DNA from: Phoronis australis
Taxonomy: Eukaryota; Animalia; Phoronida
Direction of reading: 5' to 3'
Assembly: GCA_002633005.1 (NCBI GenBank)
Contig: NMRA01000015.1
Location: 1,237,277-1,301,276, forward strand
DNA length: 64,000 nucleotides
The position numbers and the translations under genes were made by a program. The stretch's first letter is position 1; the number at the start of each line of letters is the position of its first letter. The notes below the pieces were generated by a model. It was not told the origin of the DNA and made no database searches. It saw nothing but the letters and a program-made list of their open reading frames with translations. Positions 24,601 to 39,600 of the stretch are shown piece after piece.

Positions 24601-27600
24601 GACTATCCTGCCAAGGAGCACAAATTCTGGAGCGGACATGAACTTGCTGAATTACCGAAATCTTGTGTTTCTGATGTAAGACCTTCGTTTTGCGGCCATT
24701 AGCCTTGTCTTTAACACACAAATGACTTTTTTATTATGATATCGGAGGAGTACATATTCAATTGCGGAGAGCAGGTCAAAGGTCGACAGTAGACGACAGC
24801 TCAAAAAATCGCCCTGTACATCGGATTTAATTACCCGCCTATGCAACTACCTGGAAGCTTGAGTTCTGCACCTATTCAGCGCCAAAAGATGGCAAAAATA
24901 AACCTAAATGTGGTGGAGAAAACCCCGGGTGTAATTATGCACGTATAACACGTAGCACGTACTCAAAAAAACAATAGGCCTAATTAGAGACTCTCTGGTT
25001 CCCTGCGGTGTGTCCGAACACGCAGGTATCATTCCATAGCATGCGTTTCATCACTGGTTGATGTAAACTCGGCAGTCATTGGTTAGATGAAAGAAAATGG
25101 CGGACTATGAACGGTTCAGTTTTAGCCTTGTCAGTGGCGTGACACTGAGCAAATATTTCATTTCTGTAGTAGGCCTAATACGGTTTAATAGCCGCGTGCT
25201 TGAAGCACATACTCACTGTGCATATACAACTGCGCACACATCTAGTCGATTTAACCGAAGTGTTATTCACACTGTATGAATACAGGAAAGCAACGTAAAC
25301 AAAAGTCAGCGACAGTAGAAAAATGCACTCCGAAAAGGCACAACCACAATTTTCTGATTTAAATTTCTTGAACGATGAATTAAGCACCGATTTGTCTGTA
25401 TAACGGACCACAAACTATATCCACATTTACACTTCCTTCATCAGTCATGCCAATTTGTTTAAAGCGTTACCAATCAGAAACACCGGTGTAAAAAAATCCC
25501 GAGGAAAATTAAATGATACCTGCGTGTTCACTACCACCTACACGCGAGGAACCAGCGAGTAATCAGAGAAAGGGAGACAAGTCTCCTAGCGAAATCCCAT
25601 TGGACGGCCACTGGCGGACATTGTTGTTTCATGTACCGTAGAAACGTCTAGCTGGCGTATGTGCAATAAACAAGTATGGCAAGATATGACAGCTCCGATC
25701 GGTAAAAAAGCAACTATATATGCTTTTTGCCCACGGGTGCAGTTAATTGAAAATTCGTGACTTACACTTTTTTCGCTTCCTCACCGATTAAGATAGGTGA
25801 TGTTCACGATTGAAACAAAGGATGTTTTTTCGTGAAACCGTTGCCAGTCAACCAGTACTGGGTGATTTGAACTTAATGTCTTTACTGTTCCCTGCATTTG
25901 ATCCCTTATATAGAAAATTATCGTAAATGGTTTGCATGATTTTGGGAACTACTGATTAGTTTATTCTATGCCCATTGATGCTTCTTTCTTTCGGTTTTTC
26001 TAGTCTTAATACATTCAAATCTAAAAGATAATTATATTTACTATTACTGTTTATTTACCAATTTTAATATTATTTTATCATCTATTTGTTTTATTTATAC
26101 TTTATTACTTATTTATTATTATTTATTTATTTTTTATTTATTCGGTATTACTTATATAAATTATTTCTTGTGATCCCATACAGTCAACATCCTGGCTGTC
26201 GTTCGTCAATAATCTATATTACATGGTAGTAATGAACACCCCTAAAACATATTTTTAAGGTGCAGTAGTGGGTGCATTGTGTAACTCCTGTTTACAAATC
26301 ATTGACAAGCACTGGTTGTTTTGTATACGCAGTTTAAGCTCACTAAATTGATTAAAATTTGGACATAACTGCAGCATTTTTCTGAATCCGCAATATTTTC
26401 CTTGTCTGTCAATTATTTTCAAAGCGATTTTACAGATTCTGGTGAAACTTCACAGTAGGGCTGGGATTCGCCAGCACCACTTCATTTTTGGACGAATTTA
26501 AGTGCTGTCCTATCTCGTTTTCAACAAAATAGTGTCTGTCCATAATTATTGTCAAAATGGCTTAACAGTATTTAACGATACATGACACAGAGACATATAT
26601 CGGAGATGCTTCGCTTTTTGTGCAGTTTGCCATAAGGAGTGTTGAAGGAATTGTTCTTTTAAAGGAATCAAATAGATGTTGCAATGCTGTGCAGTTACCG
26701 TCGAATAAAAGTATAAAATAGTAAAACTAGTAAAACTAAAATGACGAGCGTCGGTACTAAAATATATTAAAATATCCCCACGTATCGAGCGATGCGCTCT
26801 TTGTCAACGGTGTGCTACAGTCTGCAGCACACCCTGAGTTTTACTAGTTTTACTATTTTATATTCTTTTAAAGGCATATAGAGCCCTACATCAGTGGGTA
26901 CTTTGATAGTTTGCGTATTACCTTGGAAACTTTGTTACGTTCAGTAACGATTCCGTTTGTTTAAATTTTGTTTTGACACTGGTCTTAAAACATCAGGACA
27001 GGAAATAAGGCGTTCTTATGTTATTTATTTTAAAGTTGGCCATTTTTACCTGTCGATGTAAGCTTAATAATTATGCCTTTAACTAGCTGCTGATAGTTGA
27101 TTTAATAAAATGTGAATGGTTTAAGAGAGCTGGAAAGCATAGTAATTCAGCTACTGAAATGTACTATTCAATAGGCATCTTGGCAGTTTTATGGCGACAT
27201 GCAAGGCAGGTTTACTGGACTGCAAGCAAGAATTCCACCTCTTGCTGATTTTCAACCCCCTACCCCTGTTGCCCCCAGTTTCATTCACCACATCCCACCC
27301 TAATTGGCTTCCCATTTCAGATCCTATCAGTCACGGATGCCGGGGGTCCAGTGCCCGGTTGCATGCAACAGTCCCAAATAACGACTCCACTGTGTTCCCA
27401 AATTCTACTGCGTATATTTTGTGAGTTTTCTACCTTGAATTCTCAATACTATTGAAGATAAATGGGGATCTTTTCATGCAGCACCCCTAATTTAAGGACT
27501 AAGTCCCTAATTTAAATATTTTGACTAAATTAAGGGCTCCGTTTTTAGTTATATTATTAGAACACGTTATAAGTCTAAATAGGAGCTCGTAGTAGAGTTA

Positions 27601-30600
27601 AAATGATAAATATAACAACTATTAATAAAGAACGAAACAAATACGCAAAGGACTTAAGCAACTCAGTTGAGCACAGGCAGATCCAGGGAATCAAAGGGGT
27701 CAGGACTCTCCATTTTCCCTTGCTTTTAGTGATATCAAATCTAGAATTTTCAAATTGTTGACTTGGAACTTTTAAAAAAATCATGGATCTGCCCCTGTTG
27801 AGTCACTCATTGGGACTGTTTCATTTAACTGGGTACAGACTCCGCTGATTGAATGTAGAATGTCGTAAGGTGTGAGTTTTTGAAACAAAGATCTGGACCC
27901 GTGCTTTGGATGGCGTAAGACGGCAGTTTTTGAACTTTGGCTAAGGAAACATTTGATGGTTGGGGGGAGGAGAGTCTGTTAATTTTTCAATTTTATTTTA
28001 AAACAAAGTTTGAGAGTTGAAAGTTTTGGTTGAAGGGCGCCCCCCCCCTCCGTTTTTGCTCCTACCTCTTCTTCAGCAGACTTGTCTTATGTTTATTACT
28101 TGGCTGACCCCCCTGGACAAAATCCTACAGGTTCTGTACATGCCCACCCTCCAATNTTTTGTAGTAGGCCTAATACGGTTTAATAGCCGCGTGCTTGAAG
28201 CACATACTCACTGTACATGTACAACTGCGCACACATCTGGTCGATTTAACCGAAGTGTTATTCACACTGTATGAATACAGGAAAGCAACGTAAACAAAAG
28301 TCAGCGACAGTAGAAAAATGCACTCCGAAAAGGCACAACCGCAATTTTCTGATTTAAAGTTCTTGAGCGATAAATTAAGCACCGATTTGTCTGTATAACA
28401 GACCACAAACTATATCCACATGTACACTTCCTCCATCAGTTATGCCAATTTGTTTATGTAAAGCGTTACCTGTTGAGAATTTGACCAGCCAATCAGAAAC
28501 ACCGGTGTAAAAAAATCCCGAGGAAATTTAAATGATACCTGCGTGTTTACTACCACACCTCCACGCGAGGAACCAGGGAGTAATCAGAGAAAGGGAGACA
28601 AGTGCAATAAACAAGTATGGCAAGATATGACAGCTCCGATCGGTAAAAAAGCATGCTTTTTGCCCACGGATGCAGTTAATTGAAAATTCGTGACTTACGC
28701 TTTTTTCGCTTCCTCACCGATTAAGATAGGTGATGTTCACGATTGAAACAAAGGATTTCTTTTCGTGAAACCGTTGCCAGTCAACCAACTGGGTGATTTG
28801 AACTTAATGTCTTTACTGTTCCCTGCATTTGATCCTTTATATAGAAAATTAACGTAAATGGTTTGCATGATTTTGGGAACTACTGATTAGTTTATGCTAT
28901 GCCCATTGATGCTTCTAACTACTTTCTTTAGTTTTTTCTAGTCTTAATACATTCAAATCTAAAAGATAATTATATTTACTATTACTGTTTATTTACCAAT
29001 TTTAATATTATTTTATTATCTATTTGTTTTATCTATACTTTATTACTTATTCATTATTATTTTTATTTTTTATTCATTCGCTATTACGTATATAAATTAT
29101 TTCTTGTGATCCCATACAGTCAACATCCTGGCTGTCGTTCGTCAATAATCTATATTACATGATAGTAATGAACACCCCTAAAACATATTGTTTAAGGTGC
29201 AGTAGTGGGTGCAGTAGTGGGTGCATTGTGTTGCTCCTGTTTACAAATCATTGACAAGCACTGGGATTCGCCAGCACCACTTCATTTTTTGGACGAATTT
29301 AGTGCTGTCCTATCTCGTTTTCAACAAAATAGTGCTTGTCCATAATTATTGTCAAAATGGCTTAACAGTATTTAACGAAACATGACACAGAGACATATAT
29401 CGGAGATGCTTCGCTTTTTGTGCAGTTTGCCATAGGGAGTGTTGAAGGAATTGTTCTTTTAAAGGAATCAAATAGATGTTGCAACGCTGTGCAGTTACCG
29501 TCGAATAAAAATATAAAATAGTAAAACTAGTAAAACTAAAATGACGAGCGTCGGTACTAAAATATATTAAAATATCCCCACGTATCCAGCGATGCGCTCT
29601 TTGTTTTACTAGTTTTAATAGTTTATATTCTTTTAAAGGCATATATAGCCCTACATCAGTGGGTACTTTGATAGCTTGCGTATTACCTTGGAAACTCTGT
29701 TACGTTCAGTAACGATTTCGTTTGTTTAAATTTTGTTTTGACACTGGTCTTAAAACTTCAGGAGAGGAAATAAGGCGTTCTTATGTTATTTACTTTAAAG
29801 TTGGCCATTTTTACCTGTCGATGTAAGCTTAATAATTATGCCTTTAACTAGCTGCTGATAGTCGATTTAATAAAATGTGAATGGAAAGCATCGTAATTCA
29901 GTTACTGAAATGTACTATTCGATAGGCATCTTGGCAGTTTTATGGCGGCATGCAAGGCAAGTTGACTGGACTGCAAGCAAGAATTCCACCTCTTGCTGGT
30001 TTTCAACCCCTTACCCCTGTTGCTCCCAGTTTCATTCACCACATCCCACCCTAATTGGCTTTCCATTTCAGATCCTATCAGTCACGGATGCCGGGGGTCC
30101 AGTGCCCGGTTGCATGCAACAGTCCCAAATAACGACTCCACTATGTTCCCAAATTCTACTGCGTATATTTTGTGAGTTTTCTACCTTGAATTCTCAATAC
30201 TATGGAAGATAAATGGGGGATCTTTTCATGCAGCGCCCCTAATTTAAGGACTAAGTCCCTAATTTAAATATTTTGACTAAATTAAAGGCTTCGTTTTTAG
30301 TTATATTATTAGAACACGTTATAAGTCTAAATAGGAGCTCGTAGTAGAGATAAAATGATAAATATAACAACTGTTAATAACGAAGGAAACAAATACGCAA
30401 AGGACTTAAGCAACTCAGTTGAGCACAGGCAGATCCAGGGAATCAAAGGGGCCAGGACCCTCCATTTTCCCTTGCTTTTAGTGATATCAAATCTAGAATT
30501 TTCAAATTGTTGACTTGGAACTTTTAAAAAAATCATGGATCTGCCCCTGTTGAGTCACTCATTGGGACTGTTTCATTTAACTGGGTACAGACTCCGCTGA

Positions 30601-33600
30601 TTGAATGTAGAATGTCGTAAGGTGTGAGTTTTTGAAACAAAGATCTGGACCCGTGCTTTGGATGGCGTAAGACGGCAGTTTTTGAACTTAGGCTAAGGAA
30701 ACATTTGATGGTTGGGGGGAGGAGAGTCTGTTAATTTTTCAATTTTATTTTAAAACAAAGTTTGAGAGTTGAAAGTTTTGGTTGAAGGGCGCCCCCCCCC
30801 TCCGTTTTTGCTCCTACCTCTTCTTCAGCAGACTTGTCTTATGTTTATTACTTGGCTGACCCCCCTGGACAAAATCCTACAGGTTCTGTACATGCCCACC
30901 CTCCAATCAGCTACTTTCACCTGCTCACCTCTGATTACTGAGTCACCCTCTTACTTATGATGTATTTCTCGTAATATTTATTACCTTTGCTGCCCAATTT
31001 TTTAGATTTACTCTACATTTTTCCTATGTGTATTTTTTCATTACACTGTTCATACTTTTGTTGTCAATATTTCAAACAAAGACATTTCACAATTTTGAAT
31101 TTGACAAACTAAAATCGGCCATGGTAGTCGACGCCTCGCTTAATTCGTCGGCGCACACACCCGCTAGGTGTCCCCACGGTCCATGACACAATAGTGGCAA
31201 TGGCCACTGAGATTAGTCTTTGGCCTAATGATCGCTGTTAGCCCAGTACATGTAGACAAAATGTCTGAAGTCGTCCTATGTGTTTAATATGACACCACAC
31301 TGGCGTCATCCGTTCACGCTTGCGCCTATATGTCTGCGTTTCATTGGCTTGACAGCAGATCACTGAAAATCATTTTCTAGTGCAATGAGAGAGAGCCAGT
31401 GCGCCAGATATCCTAAAGGAGAAAGCGACCTTTTCCATGTCAATTTTAGTAAAGATACGGTTTGTTGATTATCCCAGACATATTTTTCAGTTAATAACAT
31501 GATAACGGCTTCCCGTAATGTTATTAATTAGTCGTGCCTTACTCCATAAGTGACGGTTACGGGTTTTTAAAAAAAATTTCCCACCCTTTCGTTTTCAGGT
31601 CAGACTGTGATCTGTCGAGTCAGTCGTTGTTTTACCTCGGTCGTGATAGGTTCGGTTGTCGTTTGCGTTTGTTTACGAGTCACTCAACACGTTGCACGGT
31701 TGCTGCGTACCGGGGTGTACTCGTTATCGTCTCACGCGCACTTTCGGTATGCTAGTACACCGCTCTCTGTAAGATGGCACACTCTGCGGTACTTGGCTCG
31801 TTCGTGTGCATAACGCAGCATTACCGTCCACGCAACGTGCAAAGCAGTGGAGAATTACCGATCAGAGTGAGTGGTAAGCATTTTCTGCCGTTGGATTACG
31901 AGATATGTACGCGGAATCTGTGAAGGTTCATGCAAAACAACCCCTGAAGAAGGGTGCAATTCTGTCGCTGTTGATTCCCGGCAGTGCCCCGTCGCCACCC
32001 CCGAGAAAGGCATTTTTGAAGCGAGTGGCTTCGCGAGCTGTGGCCTCTATGTAGAGTGACTGGAGGCGCTCCATCTGCTGTCACCAGTGCCTCCGAACGT
32101 ACGCCAGAAAGTGCAATTCCGGGAACTAGAAGTGCCTTGCCCTGTGCTGGTGTTGTCTCCAGTCCAGAGCCTCTAGGCAGCCCTGCAGGGATGTTGAGTA
32201 GTGGGAGTGAATACAAGCCCAGTTCGACACCCAATGGGGAGGGCAGTTCGTCGTCCAGTGGTGAGGCCGGTGACTCAAACTTTGATAAGTTTATTGTGGA
32301 CTTGATTAAAGTATTGGAGCTATTTTGGGTGCCATGTGTGTGGCGAGGGAGTCACACAGCTGGATGTAGGCGGTTTGGGTGCTTGCATGGGTCATCATCC
32401 TGAGTAGCAACAGCACATGCATTCTATTGAGGTCGGCATAACAGCGCCGGCACAACTTGCATTCGCACCAAGACGTCCTACCACATCTGTCCTCAGTCTC
32501 TGCCTCATGCCTCTCAACAGCTGTCTGTATTCCGCTGCCTCACTATACTCGGGCTCAAACGTATATTCACCCACTGCTACAACACACCAAAAGATTCCTA
32601 AATCCAACGTAATTGAGTTCTCTAACAACCCAACTTGTAGAATACTCGTCGATGGGAAGTGGAGACCTGCACAAAAACTACAGTAGAACAGATCCTCACA
32701 GTAACTCGAACGCACTAAAAACGAAACATGGCGGGAAATTCTTAACCCCTAAACGTCACTTCCGGAGTAGTGCACAACAACGTAATTATCTGAAGCATAT
32801 GTCTGGGATAATCAACTACCGTATTTTTCTAAAAATGACACGAAAACAGGTTGCCTTCCTCTTTAAAGGCCTCGAAATTTCAGTCGACAATTCCAATAGA
32901 GCTTTAGACATAAATTCTGTACTGTATTAAAGTCTTTCTCTCACGCGTTGTTAACCCTTATTATATGGTTAGAGGACGTTATAAGGATCCAAGAAGTACC
33001 TACCAAATAACTAATACACGATCCGTACTCGAAAAAAGTTTAAATGAACGCGCCACTCACGATTCGCGCCCGAAGAACCACCGCCATTTTGAACTTGCCG
33101 CGAACCCGGAAGTACAATTCATTCAGGAACCCAGGCCGATAAAACACCGTCAGTGCGACAGGAGCAGTGCCTGTACTGTTACCAGCCAGCAAACGGGGAT
33201 AAAGTAATCGACAGCGCGCCTTAATTTTAATAAAATCAAAATACGGACAATTTTATCGAATTTGCTGAAGAAATGTGGCGAATAAATTTTGACAGAAATT
33301 AGTTTGCCAGACTCGGGACCGCAGCCTATCGGACCCGGTGCGGATCGAGACCAGACACTGGCGAACGGTAAATGCATGCGGTTGCAAGCTGTTTTGTCGA
33401 AGTAAAATGGTCAAATCATAAATGCTGCATACGTGTATATTCAAGGGTAGTTTCAGACACTTGCATGAAATTACGGGCTGGTTAGTCCTGTGTCACACTC
33501 CCGCGGCAGACCTTAGTTAGCCTCAGTCACCAGCTACCAGTGAAGACTATCGTCAGCTTGTTAGTAGGCCTATACAGCTTTGCGCCAAGGCCTAACTGGT

Positions 33601-36600
33601 CGCTGGCCACAGCGCTCGCTCAAACGAGGTTTTTTTAGAACTTGGGTACTTCTGGCGAACTGTGCAAAGTTGTTGGCTTTCAATAGAGATTTTCCCAGAC
33701 TTTGTATGAGCGCACCAAGCCTAAAAGAATGGGGGGCTGGAATTTTTGGGAATGTCTATCTTTTACTATAAGATACAGTGGGTATGTTCAGTGCTATGAA
33801 CTGCAGACTCTAAATTTTGGTACTTCCTGTCTTCTAGTGGAATATTGTCTCATTTTCTACTTTTTTCGGAATTCGTGCTTCTGTGACTGAGGCAGACCTT
33901 TTTCCAGTTCTCCAAAAAGGGGGCTCGTTCGAGCACATAAGTATGACAAGTCCAATACAACATGTTATCATTTTTATTCATTAACCCAAAATGATTCAAA
34001 CTTTTAACATAATAAGTAACTTAAAATGCAAAATACTTTACAACATTTAGCATTACAAACACTATTCAACAGCAACAGTTTCCATGATATGAAAGTGGAC
34101 ATACATGTAACTATTACCATGGTGACGGAATTGTGTTTCCTTACACCAGAAAATATGAAGTTGCAAGGAACAAGAATTAGATTTTTGAAGCTTCACAATC
34201 CAACATACAGACTGTAGCTTATTTCTCAAATTCAGATTATTCATATTGTTGACTTGATAACCTGAATTAAGAAGCAATAAGTTACAAAACATGACTTGAA
34301 AGCAATTGAAACTTAAAATTTAGAAAAATATGAATCATTTTGTGACACCGAATCAAGTCTTGAACAGCAGTTGACAGTCAAACAAAAAACCATTTCAAAA
34401 TTATTTCAACTATTTTTAGCTTAGTGTAAGATCACCTGAATGGGAAATTTACAGTAAACTATATATTTTTGCCCAAAAACACGAAAATTGAACAAAGTTT
34501 CTTTTTTGTAGCAACGTTTGTCAAAATGTATCAACGTTAAATCTTCACAAATTACAAAGTAGCCGATTGAACATGCCTTTCAGTTCAGCAAAAGTCGCCA
34601 TGTTGTCGGTGCCGCCAGAAAAGAGACGAAGTCCAACGGGAATTGTGAGCACATTTATCATTTAATGAGTAACAACTGCGTGGCTGAAATTTGGTTAACA
34701 CTGTTAAATCGTGCAGAATAGTAAGTAAATATATGTCTAACTAAATTTCACCGTAATTTGTTGGCGAAAACAATTTACACAGTTTTAAACTCGTAACTTA
34801 TCCCGCTGTCCTCCAATATGGCCGACGCGATCCAAACAAAGTGACCCAAATTTCGCCACAAAACTTGCAATAACTTTACACTTCTTGCCCCGATTTTGAT
34901 ACTTTTTCGATTTTTACTTAGTATAATGCACTACCTTTCCGATGATAGCAAAGTACTTTTTCAAAACGAGAAAAAATAAAACCGAAAAAAATAGGTTCGA
35001 CCCATATTGGTTCCTAGGTTCGACCGGCCTACGTAAGGAACTAAACACCAATGCTATTTTAACATACTAAGTACGCGTAACATTCCAAAAAACATCAACG
35101 ACCACTAACTACAAACTATAAATACACTACATATGCAAACGAATCACGAGTTGTTACTAACAAAACAAAACAATGAAGACTTTTCGAGCAAGCGATAGCA
35201 TATTCAGTTACAAGGAAAAAATGCGGCTTTCAGGACAAGTTCCTGAACTGATGAGCCGGAAATGTGGGTACGAAAATAACCGATGACAACCGGTAATCAT
35301 ACGCTCAGAGAGAAGGGTCAAATACTGTTCAAAAATCGCTTTTGGCAAGAAAGGCGAAAAGAATATAAAGAAAGGGTGTCGAAAATAAGATTTTATGTAG
35401 TAAGTATTTTCGGATACTGGAACCACTTTGGCACTTTGAGAGAAGGACTTTAAACGAAAATATATCACGAAGGCACACTTATTGCCAACACAGTACACTA
35501 AGTTTTGAAGACAAAGTTGGTTTTATCTTCAGTTTCAAATCATGCACCTATGTCATGTTTTCAGGTATATTCGAATTGATTAAACAGTTTTGGAAAAGAA
35601 CTTAAACTTTGTCAACACAACTCTGACACATACAATAGCAGTAGTAACAATGCAATTATTACAAGTAACAGTGATGTTGAAAATGGTGCTGGAGCTGGTG
35701 CTGTTGGAACTGTGACGTTGATGTTACTGGCTATGATGGTGGTGGTGTTATATGGCTGTTGTGGTGGTGTGGTGTGGTGTAGTGGGGTTAGACGTTGTTG
35801 TTGGTGTTGGTGTGGTGGTGTGGGATGTTATTGTCATGTGATGCTGGTAGTGCTACATGGCTGTGGTGGTGGTATGACTGGCTAGGGCGGTGGTGGTGTT
35901 ATAGGCTGTTGTTGGTGGTATTTAGGCGGTGGTCTGGGATGTTAGTGTCATGCGACGGTGATGGTGTGGTGGTAGTGTTTGGGATGTAAGTGTCTGTGAT
36001 GGTTGTGGTGTTACTGCCTGTGGTGCGGGTGAAGTGGTGTTCGTAGCGAGGCGGTGGTGGTGTAGGATGTAGCATAGGCTTACTAATTAGTACTCTTTAG
36101 TGTGTTGGGTACCAAAATGAAACAAAAGTCTCCTTTTGATAAAACTCGCTCACAGGGGTGGTGTTCAATGCCATGGTTTTGTCCATACAATGCTGAACAT
36201 CATAAAGGATGACCTCTCTCTGGTGGGAAGGTTTAGTTTTTATCGAGAATTCTGTCTGTTTAACTCTGGTCATTCAATCTGCAAACTTCAAAATTGATCC
36301 CGAGTATGACCTATTCACATGACGAGCAAGCTAAATAATGCTCATACGATTGATTCCTTACAGTGCTGGGTCCTCAGCGGTTTACGTATGCAGTCTCACC
36401 AGAACTTGCGTGCGTACGCATCTGACGTCAACACCACAATAAAATTTGAATTAATGACCAAAAATATGATCATGTGCTTATCTAAAATTGTTGAAAGTAT
36501 TAAGCATTCTGTTGCTTGGGCTCATAATGCGCATTATTGTCTGAATGCTTACAACTGAAGGGTCTGAAGCAAAATGGTCGACGGCAATCAATGCAAATAA

Positions 36601-39600
36601 CCTTATGTTTGGAGGGCGTGTTTAGCGTCCAGCATTGCAAACAGTTCACAACTCCAATTCAAAGGGCTTACTTTCTCATTTTGGATGAGTTAACTATAAA
36701 CACTTTAGTGTTATCAGTTATATTTTGAGTGAAATTTGTACGTCGGTCTTAGAACTGACTGAGAAGTGACGTGTCATATCCGTAGTTCTATCTATCTCGT
36801 TTTCGTCATTATGTAGAACTCTCTTCCAACTCTTGCCTCGTTATCAACCGCATGTAACCAAGAGCCAGAACAAGCCCAATGGAGGAAACTGCAAAACCAG
36901 TTGCGCAGACGATGAGCGCAATTTCAACTCCTTCGTTAATGTTTCGTACGCCATCTGCATTCTTGTGAATTGATTGAGACTTTCCCAATTTGAAAACGGC
37001 ATGACCCATCATGTTTTCTGCCTCACACAAATACTCGTTAACGCGAGGCAGCTGCATATTACGTGCGCTGACAGCGACTTTTCTTGAACTGTATGGATAG
37101 GAGGAATGACCGGAAACATTTAAGATTGATTTGGGCAAGTTTCGAATCTGAACTTTGGGCGCTGGGTCTCCGGAAAACACACACTCGACAGTAGCAACCT
37201 CGGCCTCCGTCATTATTGCTAATCTGGTAAAAACTGGTTTCTGGCAGGTTAGATTGAAAGAAGTGAAAGTCCGCATAGTTACAGTTGCAGGTGTGGAACA
37301 AACTCGATTGCTGTTTGGTAAAAACATCAGAGATCCGTTCCTTAGACATTCCTGAAGAGGCTGCAGAAAGCAGTTACAGTGGAGAGGGTTTCCCTGAAAG
37401 AAAAGTCTCATCGGTTGCGTTGACTTCGCGACGGCCATTTTCCGGAAACTATACATCGAAATCGATCGCAGTTTGTTGTATGATATATCAACTTGAGTAG
37501 CTTGCGGTAACGCGTTTTCGGCTATAGATTCGATTTGGTTATGGGCGAGTTGAAGTGACCTAAGTTTCTTCATGTTGCCGAACAACTTGGCTTGAATGGT
37601 CATCAACCGGTTGTTTGTCAGTGACAAGTGCTTCAGATTCGGGAGGTTGTTGAAGGAATCGGGTTCTATTTGTTGAATCATATTGTGCCTCAGGTCGAGA
37701 TAAAGAAGTGAACGCGAGGCGTTCTTGAACATTGCTAAATCAACGTAGTGCAATCGATTGCCGTACAAATTTAACACCTCCAAGTTAGGCAGCTTTTGAA
37801 AAGCAGCCTCTCCCACGTGTTCGATCAAGTTGGATGAAAAGAAGGCCAATTTAAGAGAATTAGACGTCAGCATATGTTGATCAAGAATTTTCAGTTTATT
37901 ATCGGTTAAAGCCAATGACGTAAGGTTAGGTAGAGCTTTCAGAGTACCAGGCTCTATCAGGTGTATGCTGTTTTTGGATAGATCAATACTTTTGAGGTTT
38001 CCAAGTCCAAAAAACGTCGGTGCAGAAATGGTCGTTAGCATATTTGAGTCCAGGCAGAGAGCATGCGTCGTAGTTTGATGAGAAAACGCATGACTTTCTA
38101 TCCGTCCAATTTTCATCCAGCTCAGGTTTATATCCAGACCTTGAATGTTTTCTAAAAATGTTCGACCAATAGTTACGCCTCTTCTTCCAAGGTAGTGGAT
38201 ATGAATCATCGGAGCGGAAATTGACTTTTGAAAGGTACTATTGTCGTTTATTGTGTGTAGAAAGATCCTCAGAGTTGAGCTGACAAATATGGAGGGGAAG
38301 TCCTCTGGCATTCTCGCCTCAATACTTAAAACCTCTAAAGTTCGATTGAAAAATGGGTATCGTGGGACAAAAGACAAGATGTTGCCGCGAATTTCCAACA
38401 CTTTTAAACTTTCTGGAAAATGAAACGTTTTTGTTAAATTGTTGTCAGAAATATCCAGCACTTCGAGATTCTTTATTTGTTGAAATGTATTGAAGTCCAC
38501 GTATGATAAACCGTTATTGCTGACGATTAATTCTGTTAAACTCGATAGTCCATTTAACATGCCTCTAGTCAAGTTGGTCATCTTATTTCCACTGAGATAA
38601 AGATGGTACAGAGATGAAAGGTTTTCGAAAATCCCTTCCGGTAACTCATAGATGTTGCTCGAGTATAAGGACAGTTTTTCAAGGTGAAGGACAGCCGCGA
38701 ATGTTGATTCGGACAAAGAATTCAAAAAATTATTACGTTGCAGATGTAAAACGTTCAACTTGGCTACTGAACTCAAGGCAGAGTCATGTATTTTCGTCAT
38801 GCCATTTCCTGCAATACTAAGCCTTTCCAAGACGCCAAGACCCGCCAAACTGTCTTGTTGTAATTCGTCTATTCGATTCTCATCCAGTGCCAGGCTGACT
38901 AAAGAGTTGCACTTCAGGAATGGCGACTTTTGAAGCGATCGTATTTGGTTATTACTCAGTCTTAGTGAACGCAGGTTCGGTATATCGTGGCAGAAATCAG
39001 GCTGAATAGAAAGTAAACCATTATGAGACAGATCCAGCTCAACAAGCTCCCTCAAGTCTTCAAACGTGCCCTGTTCGATGTGAGACACGTTATTAAAAGC
39101 TAGCGACAACCTACGAAGCTCCCTTAACCCTTTGAACTGGGCATGACGTAGACTTGTTAACTTGTTTGCCTCAACGTCGAGGTACTTTAAAGACGGCAGT
39201 GGGGAAAAGACATCCTCCGGAATGTAACTTATTTCGTTGTCTCCGAGATCCAGACTGAGTAAAGAAGTAAGACCTTCAAACGATCTTTCCGAGAGGTGCA
39301 TGATGGCGTTTCTCTCTAGACGAAAAAATTGTAGATTGGTTAACTGCTCGAAGGATCCATCATCGAGAGTGGTCAAGTTGTTCATTGAAATAGTTAGGCT
39401 TACCGTATAGTCTCGAACGGGTAAGAATGCCCCTGCTTGAATTTTCTGAATTCTACAGTTGTGCAGAACGATGAATCTTCTACCCCAATACTTTTCCATA
39501 AACTTTTCGGTCAACACAGGAATAGGCTTCTTGCATTGTGATGAGACAACGCTCATTATCACGGCCATGCAGTTTAGCATTATAAGCAAACTGTTGAAAT

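Noticed and set aside
32056-32403. Ser-rich plus-strand ORF
   Set aside because: Antisense shadow of the decayed minus-strand gene inside the Kolobok-like element
35248-35280. CTGATGA...CGAAA hammerhead candidate
   Set aside because: Stem II does not pair and there is no stem I; the same applies to 14548-14580 and 7663
35795-35989. Trp/Val-rich ORF as a membrane peptide
   Set aside because: Translation of GT-rich low-complexity DNA
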